64,000 nucleotides of DNA from an uncultured bacterium (GTDB lineage: Bacteria; JAUVQV01; CAWCAY01): NCBI GenBank assembly GCA_963793725.1, contig CAWCAY010000003.1, positions 778,496 to 842,495 on the forward strand. The letters are read 5' to 3'. This document shows positions 58,176-64,000 of this stretch, piece after piece. The position numbers were made by a program, and so were the translations under genes. Below the pieces are notes generated by a model, which saw nothing but the letters and a program-made list of their open reading frames with translations, was not told the origin of the DNA and did no database searches. Positions within the stretch are counted from its first letter, which is position 1. Every line of letters starts with the position of its first letter.

Positions 58176-58426
58176 TCGAACGGTCAACCTCTATCTTCCA
58201 ACACATGTGCGAGCAGGTGACGGAGATCGTCAAGTCTCGTATCCTTCAACTGTCCTCTGGGGAGCATTACACGTTATCGTTGCAGTTGTGGTATCTTATC
58301 TTATGACTTCATCTTGGGGCGCCTTCCGTTGCTGCGGGGCGCCGAGCCGCTGAATAGGACGATGAGGAGATCAGGCGCCGGAGCGCTCTATCCGACTGAC
58401 GGCAGGCATGGAGGAAGAGTTCCATC

Positions 58427-59395
58427 GTGAACAGTGCTGTGTCTCGTACGCGCATGCTCATTCTCGTGGTGATGCTTTCTTCGATGGTCCTGATCCCGGG
58501 CGTTCCCCGGCCGGCGCGGGGCGGCGAGGCGGTGAAGGGCACCGTCAGGATCTCGGGCGCCTGGGCGCTCTACCCGATGATGGTCCGCTGGGGGGAGGAG
58601 TTCCGCAAGGTCCATCCGGGCGTCAGGATCGACATCTCCGCGGGAGGTGCGGGCAAGGGCGTGGCCGATGCCCTGGCCGGGTTCGTCGATCTGGGCATGG
58701 TGTCGAGGGACCTGAGGCCGGAGGAGACTGCCAGGGGAGCCGTGTTCGTGCCGGTCGTCAAGGACGCCGTCTTCCCCACCATGAGCGCCCGGAATCCCCT
58801 GGCCGACAAGATCATGAAGCGGGGGGTAAGGAAGGAAGCCTTCGTGAAGCTGTGGGTGGGCGGCGAGCCCCTGACGTGGGGGGAGCTGGCCCAGGCGGGA
58901 ACGGGCGGCAAGGTCCAGGTCTACACCCGGTCCGATGCCTGCGGGGCGGCCGAGACGTGGGCGCTGTACCTCGGGAAGAAGCAGGAGGACCTCAAGGGCG
59001 TGGGCGTCTATGGTGACCCGGGCGTTTCCGAGGCCGTCGCCAAGGATGCCAACGGAATCGGCTTCAACAACCTCAACTTCGCCTATGACCTGAAGACGGG
59101 GCTTCCCGTCGCCGGCCTCGCGGTCGTCCCGATCGACCTGAACGGGGATGGGAACGTCGATCAGACCGAGAATCTGTCGACCAAGGAGCGGGCGATCCGG
59201 GCCGTGGCTTCCGGGGCCTATCCCTCGCCGCCGGCCCGGGATCTCTTCCTGGTCGCCAAGGGTTCCTTTCGGGGCCTCACGGCCACGTTCGTCCAGTGGA
59301 TTCTGACCGACGGCCAGAAGTACGTCGACGAGGCGGGCTACCTGAAGCTGAGCGGGGAAAAGCTGAAGAATGCCTTCGGGCAGATGAAACCGTAA
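58427..59395 (+). CDS. pstS: Phosphate ABC transporter substrate-binding protein (PstS family)
   Basis: 322-aa ORF. GTG 58427 lies about 11 nt after ggagga. A signal peptide is present. Blocks are RISGAWALYPMM..DISAGGAGKGVADALAGFVDLGMVSRDL and SGAYPSPPARDLF. Confidence 0.8.
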   Translation: MNSAVSRTRMLILVVMLSSMVLIPGVPRPARGGEAVKGTVRISGAWALYPMMVRWGEEFRKVHPGVRIDISAGGAGKGVADALAGFVDLGMVSRDLRPEETARGAVFVPVVKDAVFPTMSARNPLADKIMKRGVRKEAFVKLWVGGEPLTWGELAQAGTGGKVQVYTRSDACGAAETWALYLGKKQEDLKGVGVYGDPGVSEAVAKDANGIGFNNLNFAYDLKTGLPVAGLAVVPIDLNGDGNVDQTENLSTKERAIRAVASGAYPSPPARDLFLVAKGSFRGLTATFVQWILTDGQKYVDEAGYLKLSGEKLKNAFGQMKP

Positions 59396-59430
59396 GCCGG
59401 ACGACCGTCAACCCCGGCAACTTCAATCGC

Positions 59431-60318
59431 ATGAAGTGGAGAAAGAGAAGAGACGGGCTCTGGACGGCCTGCCTGCGCTCGTCCGTCTTCCTTGCCAACG
59501 GCCTGGCCCTGCTGGTCATCGGGGTTCTTCTGGTGAAGGCATGGCCGATCATCGGCAGGAATTCCCTGGGCGAGCTCCTCTTCTCGTCCAGTTGGCATCC
59601 CCTCCGCGGCGATTTCGGCTTCTTCCCGTTCATCGTCGGCTCCCTGGCGGTGACGGCCATCGCCATGCTGCTGGCCGTGCCGGTCTGCCTGCTGAGCGCC
59701 GTCTACCTGGTGGAGTACGTGCGGCCGGGGATGCGGGAGGTGCTCCGCCTCTTCGTCGACATCCTGGCCGGCATACCCTCGGTCCTGTATGGGCTCTTCG
59801 GCGTCATCGTCATCGTGCCCCTGGTCTCGCTGGCGGCGAGCGCGTGCGGGGTCCAGTCGACGGGCTACAGCCTTCTCGCCGGCGGCGCGGTGCTGGCCGT
59901 CATGGTCATCCCGTTCATCATTTCGATCACCATGGAGGTCTTCCTGGCCATTCCGGGCGAGGCCCGCGAGACCGCCCTGGCCCTGGGCGCGACCACGTGG
60001 GAAATGGTCCGCCACGTGACCCTGAAGCATGGCCGGCAGGGGATAGTGGCGGCGGTCATCCTCGGCTTTGCCCGGGCATTCGGGGAGACCATGGCGGTCA
60101 TGATGGTGGTCGGGAACGTGCCCCAGGTGCCCCACTCCCCGTTCGATGCCGTCTACCCGCTGCCGGCCCTGATCGCCAACAACTACGGCGAGATGATGTC
60201 CGTGCCCCTCTACGACTCGGCGCTCCTTTTCGCCGCGCTGCTGCTGATGGTCGTCGTCGGCGGCTTCAGCCTGGTCGCCAACCTGGTGCTGCTGAGACTA
60301 CAGGAGAGGAAGGCCTAG
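59431..60318 (+). CDS. pstC: Phosphate ABC transporter permease PstC
   Basis: The internal ATG 59431 (MKWRKRR) of ORF 59296..60318 is used. The EAA-type loop is PGEARETALALGATTWEMVRHVTL. Six TM segments are present. Confidence 0.85.
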   Translation: MKWRKRRDGLWTACLRSSVFLANGLALLVIGVLLVKAWPIIGRNSLGELLFSSSWHPLRGDFGFFPFIVGSLAVTAIAMLLAVPVCLLSAVYLVEYVRPGMREVLRLFVDILAGIPSVLYGLFGVIVIVPLVSLAASACGVQSTGYSLLAGGAVLAVMVIPFIISITMEVFLAIPGEARETALALGATTWEMVRHVTLKHGRQGIVAAVILGFARAFGETMAVMMVVGNVPQVPHSPFDAVYPLPALIANNYGEMMSVPLYDSALLFAALLLMVVVGGFSLVANLVLLRLQERKA

Positions 60319-61167
60319 ATGGAGAAGCGGCGCCGGATGGAGAGGATCATGAGAAGCCTGATGGCCGGGTCGCTCGGCCTCGTCATCCTCGTCCTGCTGG
60401 CCATCGTCTCGGTCGTCGTGGTCAAGGGGTTGCCGGGCCTGAGCCTCTCGATGATCATCGAGACTCCCCAGGGCGGGTACTACCAGGGGAAGGGGGGCGG
60501 CATCGCCAATGCCATCGTGGGTTCGATCTACATGGCCCTGGGCGCGTCGATCGCCGCCATCCTGCTGAGCCTTCCGCTGGCCTTTGCCCTGCAGCGGGAA
60601 TACATCGGCGGGCGGCTCGCCTCCCTTACCCGGCTGGCGCTCGACGTGCTCTGGGGAACCCCGTCCATCGTATACGGAGCCTTCGGATTCGTGATCATGG
60701 TCTACTTCGGCCTGCGGGCCTCGCTGCTCGGCGGGATCATGGTCCTGACGCTGCTGATGTTCCCGATCATGGTCCGGTCCATGGAGGAAGTGGTGCGAAT
60801 GGTGCCCGTGGAGCTTAAGGAGATCGCCTACTCCCTCGGCACCACCAGGTTGGAGACCACGCTGGCGGTCGTCCTGCGGCAGGCGGTGCCGGGCGTCATC
60901 ACCGCCATCCTGCTCGCCTTCGGCCGGGGCATCGGCGATGCGGCGTCGATCCTGTTCACCGCCGGGTACACCGACTACATCCCCACGTCCCTCCTCGATC
61001 CGGCCGCGTCGCTGCCGCTGGCAGTCTTCTTCCAGATGGGCACCCCGGTGCCCGAGGTCCGCGAGCGGGCCTTCGCCTCGGCGCTGATCCTGCTGGTCAT
61101 CGTGCTGGCGGTCAACTTCTCGGCCAGGATTCTGGTTAGGAAGTTTTCGAGAAACATCATAAAATAG
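60319..61167 (+). CDS. pstA: Phosphate ABC transporter permease PstA
   Basis: 282-aa ORF that directly abuts the pstC stop. The sequence reads VPVELKEIAYSLGTTRLETTLAVVLRQA. Confidence 0.85.
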   Translation: MEKRRRMERIMRSLMAGSLGLVILVLLAIVSVVVVKGLPGLSLSMIIETPQGGYYQGKGGGIANAIVGSIYMALGASIAAILLSLPLAFALQREYIGGRLASLTRLALDVLWGTPSIVYGAFGFVIMVYFGLRASLLGGIMVLTLLMFPIMVRSMEEVVRMVPVELKEIAYSLGTTRLETTLAVVLRQAVPGVITAILLAFGRGIGDAASILFTAGYTDYIPTSLLDPAASLPLAVFFQMGTPVPEVRERAFASALILLVIVLAVNFSARILVRKFSRNIIK

Positions 61168-61175
61168 CCCCCAAT

Positions 61176-62000
61176 ATGCCGCATATCAGTCTGCGCAGCT
61201 TCGCCGCCTCGTACGGGAGCCACCCGGTTCTCCAGGACATCACCGTCGACATTCCCGACGGCGAGATCACCGCCATCATCGGGCCGTCGGGCTGCGGCAA
61301 GACGACGCTGCTCAAGAGCCTCAACCGTCTGCTGGACCTCCACGACGACCTGACCGTCGCCGGGAAGGTGTTCATCGACGGGGTGGACATCTACGATCCG
61401 AAGGCCGACGTGCTGGCCCTGCGGAAGAAGGTGGGTTTCCTCGCGCAGCACCCCTATCCGCTGCCGATGTCGATCTACGACAATGTCGCCTTCGGCCCGA
61501 GGATACACGGGATCGACCCGAAGAGGCTTTCCCACCAGCTCCAGGGGGCGGGCGGCGGCCCATCGGCGGGCAGCGTTCCCCTGATGGCTTCGGTGGACGA
61601 CCTCGACGACCTGGTGGAGTACTACCTGCGCCTGGCGGGTCTTTGGGACGAGGTCAAGGACCGGCTCAGGGCGCCCGCCGCCCGGCTCTCGATCGGGCAG
61701 CAGCAGCGGCTGGCCCTGGCCAGGACGCTGTCGGTCGAGCCCGAGGTTATCCTCGCCGACGAGGCCACGTCGGCGCTCGACCCCATCTCCGCCAAGCTGG
61801 TGGAGGATCGCTTCCGGGCGCTCAAGAAGGACTACACGATCGTCATGGTGACCCACATCCTGCGGCAGGCGCGTCGGCTTGCCGACTACATCGTCTTCAT
61901 GTACCTGGGCGAACTGGTCGAGCACGGTCCGGCCGACCGGTTCTTCTCCTCGCCGCAACACGAGAAGACCAGGGCCTACATCAGCGGCGAGATCAGTTGA
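61176..62000 (+). CDS. pstB: Phosphate ABC transporter ATP-binding protein PstB (with an extra Gly/Ala-rich insert and an LSIGQ signature)
   Basis: 274-aa ORF. The Walker A motif is GPSGCGKTT. PstB-typical blocks are [46 protein letters not shown] and [12 protein letters not shown]. Confidence 0.9.
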   Translation: MPHISLRSFAASYGSHPVLQDITVDIPDGEITAIIGPSGCGKTTLLKSLNRLLDLHDDLTVAGKVFIDGVDIYDPKADVLALRKKVGFLAQHPYPLPMSIYDNVAFGPRIHGIDPKRLSHQLQGAGGGPSAGSVPLMASVDDLDDLVEYYLRLAGLWDEVKDRLRAPAARLSIGQQQRLALARTLSVEPEVILADEATSALDPISAKLVEDRFRALKKDYTIVMVTHILRQARRLADYIVFMYLGELVEHGPADRFFSSPQHEKTRAYISGEIS

Positions 62001-62019
62001 CCGGGCGCCGGGGGGCCGC

Positions 62020-62940
62020 ATGAGTTCCTACAGCCTAAGCTACCTGCAGCAGCTCGAGTCGGAGTCGATCCACATCATCCGGGAGGTCGTGGCCGAGTTC
62101 CGGAATCCAGTCATGCTCTACTCGGTCGGCAAGGACTCGAGCGTCATGGTGCGGTTGGCCAAGAAAGCCTTCCACCCGGGCCCCTTCCCCTTCCCGCTGA
62201 TGCATGTCGACACCGGTTACAAGTTCCCCGAGATGTATGAGTTCCGGGACCGTTTCTGCAGGGAGATCGGCGCCCGGCTGATCGTCGAGCGGAACGAGGA
62301 ATGGATCGCCAAGGGGTGCCACCCGCTCGACATCGGCGTGGAGCAGTGTTGCGCCCGGCTCAAGACCGGCGCGCTCCTCGATGCCATCGCCAAGCACGGC
62401 TTCGACGCGGCCTTCGGGGGCGCCCGCCGCGAGGAGGAGAAGTCGCGGGCCAAGGAGAGGATCTTCTCGCTCCGGGACCGCTCGGGCCAGTGGGATCCCA
62501 AGAACCAGCGCCCCGAGATATGGGACCTCTACAACACCCGCATCAACGAAGGGGAGACCGTCCGCGTCTTCCCGCTGAGCAACTGGACCGAGCAGGACGT
62601 CTGGCGGTACATCAAGGCCGAGCGGATTCCCGTGGTGCCTATCTATTTCGCCCAGCGGCGGCCGGTCGTCAGGCGCAAGGGGATACTGATCCCCCACGCG
62701 CCCGGGTCGTCCGGCTCCACCGTGGCGGGCGGGGAGGCCGAGACGGTGGAGAACATCCTGTGCCGGTTCCGCAGCCTCGGCTGCATCCCCTGCACTGGGG
62801 CCATCGCCTCGGAGGCGGTAACCGTGGACGAGATCATCGCCGAGGTGATCACGGCCAGGAAATCCGAACGCGAGAACCGTGTCATCGACCTGACCGGCGA
62901 GACGTCGATGGAACAGAAGAAGAAGGAAGGCTACTTCTGA
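62020..62940 (+). CDS. cysD: Sulfate adenylyltransferase subunit 2 (CysD)
   Basis: The internal ATG 62020 of ORF 61879..62940 is used. Blocks are [28 protein letters not shown] (the PP-loop), [31 protein letters not shown] and SLGCIPCT. Confidence 0.9.
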   Translation: MSSYSLSYLQQLESESIHIIREVVAEFRNPVMLYSVGKDSSVMVRLAKKAFHPGPFPFPLMHVDTGYKFPEMYEFRDRFCREIGARLIVERNEEWIAKGCHPLDIGVEQCCARLKTGALLDAIAKHGFDAAFGGARREEEKSRAKERIFSLRDRSGQWDPKNQRPEIWDLYNTRINEGETVRVFPLSNWTEQDVWRYIKAERIPVVPIYFAQRRPVVRRKGILIPHAPGSSGSTVAGGEAETVENILCRFRSLGCIPCTGAIASEAVTVDEIIAEVITARKSERENRVIDLTGETSMEQKKKEGYF

Positions 62941-64000
62941 TGACCACGGGAAAAAAGAGCCTGCTGCGCCTGACCACCACCGGGAGCGTCGACGACGGCA
63001 AGTCGACCCTCATCGGCCGGCTGCTGTACGAGACCAAGTCAATCTATGAAGACCAGTACCTGTCGGTCGAGACGGTGTCGCGGAAGAAAGGGCTGGCCGA
63101 GATCGATCTGGCGCTCCTGCTGGACGGGCTCTCGGCCGAGCGGGAGCAGGGGATCACGATAGACGTGGCCTACCGCTACTTCGAGACCGAGCGGCGGAAG
63201 TACATCATCGCCGACACCCCGGGGCACGTCCATTACACCCGGAACATGGTCACCGGCGCTTCAACCGCCGACTGCGCGATCATCCTCATCGACGCCAGGA
63301 AGGGCGTCCTGACGCAGTCGAAGCGGCATGGCTTCGTGCTGTCGCTGCTCGGCATCCCCCACCTGATCGTGGCGGTCAACAAGATGGACCTGGTCGGCTA
63401 TTCCAGGTCGGTCTACGACGACATCGTCGACGAGTACCGAAGCTTCTCGGAGAAGCTCGACATCCGCGACATGGCCTTCATCCCGGTGTCCGCGCTGAAG
63501 GGGGACAACGTGGTCGAGAAGAGCCCGGCCATGGACTGGTACGGCGGCTACTCGATCCTCGGCCACCTGGAGAACCTGCAGGTCTCCCAGACCCGCAACC
63601 TGATCGACTTCCGCTTCCCGGTGCAGCTCGTGCTGCGGCCGCACCAGGACTTCAGGGGTTACGCCGGGAGGATCGTCTCCGGGACGATCAGCCCCGGGGA
63701 GAAGGTGGCCGTGCTGCCATCGGGCCGGATGACCACCGTCAGGTCGATCGTCACGCACGACGGCGAGGTGCGGGAGGCTTTCGCGCCGCAGTCGGTGGTG
63801 CTCACGCTCGACGACGAGCTGGACGTGAGCCGGGGGGACATGATCGTCAGGAGGAACAACCTCCCCCAGACCGCCTCGGCGGTCGAGGCGATGATCTGCT
63901 GGATGGACGAGGAGCCGTTGTCGCGGCGCACCGCCTACCTGCTGAAGCAGACCACCAGGACGGTCAGGGCGACCGTCGAGACGCTGGACTACAAGATCGA
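62940..64000 (+). CDS. cysN: Sulfate adenylyltransferase subunit 1 (CysN GTPase), 3' partial at the window edge
   Basis: ATG 62940 overlaps the cysD stop (TGATG). My own translation reads [29 protein letters not shown] (G1), DTPGH (G3) and NKMDL (G4). The frame stays open to position 64000. Confidence 0.9.
   Translation, partial: MTTGKKSLLRLTTTGSVDDGKSTLIGRLLYETKSIYEDQYLSVETVSRKKGLAEIDLALLLDGLSAEREQGITIDVAYRYFETERRKYIIADTPGHVHYTRNMVTGASTADCAIILIDARKGVLTQSKRHGFVLSLLGIPHLIVAVNKMDLVGYSRSVYDDIVDEYRSFSEKLDIRDMAFIPVSALKGDNVVEKSPAMDWYGGYSILGHLENLQVSQTRNLIDFRFPVQLVLRPHQDFRGYAGRIVSGTISPGEKVAVLPSGRMTTVRSIVTHDGEVREAFAPQSVVLTLDDELDVSRGDMIVRRNNLPQTASAVEAMICWMDEEPLSRRTAYLLKQTTRTVRATVETLDYKI

Noticed and set aside
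58176-58426. Pho box / PhoB-binding site upstream of pstS
   Set aside because: I looked for tandem CTGTCAT-like 7-mers spaced 11 bp apart. Only a single loose CTGTCCT was seen, which is not enough to call a site.
61500-61620. PstB Gly/Ala-rich insert as another hidden frameshift pair
   Set aside because: Translating the other two frames over this stretch did not give a more PstB-like sequence, and the flanks are in one frame. It is treated as a real in-frame insertion or a low-complexity variant, not a frame excursion.

Overview
This 64-kb window comes from a GC-rich bacterium. Hand counts on sampled 60-nt backbone lines give roughly 70-78% G+C. Cell-envelope glycosylation and lipid genes dominate, and lower-GC accessory patches interrupt the backbone.

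Layout, left to right:
- 0.07-3.1 kb: an ArsS-like radical SAM (seleno)protein and two flavoenzymes.
- 3.3-8.5 kb: an SGNH hydrolase, a DUF4234/DUF2752 pair, and a minus-strand operon ending in a methyltransferase and a GT-C-type membrane protein.
- 10.4-12.0 kb: a recQ gene broken by about 14 frame changes.
- 12.7-20.9 kb: a locus with a PlsC-like acyltransferase, a B12-binding radical SAM enzyme, an SGNH hydrolase, a GT2-methyltransferase fusion and a GT-C+TPR-like protein.
- 21.0-26.1 kb: an IS256-family element, then an N-terminally extended UbiA-family prenyltransferase, a lipoprotein and a GT4.
- 26.1-33.2 kb: a strip of indel-damaged genes (srkA-like kinase, uvrA, two Opp/Dpp-type ABC ATPases, an FmdB-type zinc ribbon, mutM).
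- 33.2-43.8 kb: an ECF sigma / anti-sigma / membrane-protein trio, a YjdF-like protein, a TAT-exported 4Fe-4S protein with cytochrome b, vapBC, a DUF4388-J-domain-TPR protein, a pcm with a lipoprotein signal, and a membrane spermidine-synthase-like protein.
- 43.8 to about 58.3 kb: a clearly lower-GC island (sampled lines about 48-53% G+C). It encodes a 3-amino-3,6-dideoxyhexose-type sugar pathway, a GATase-fused N-acetyl-sugar amidotransferase, a GtrB-like GT2, a GtrA-like protein and three large polytopic GT-C/YfhO-like proteins, with IS3-family remnants scattered among them.
- 58.4-64.0 kb: pstSCAB, cysD and a partial cysN.

No rRNA, tRNA or CRISPR array was recognised.

Caveats: I tracked about 39 frame disruptions by eye, several of them in homopolymer runs. 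Either consensus quality is uneven or there is real gene decay. All family assignments come from motif recognition without database searches.
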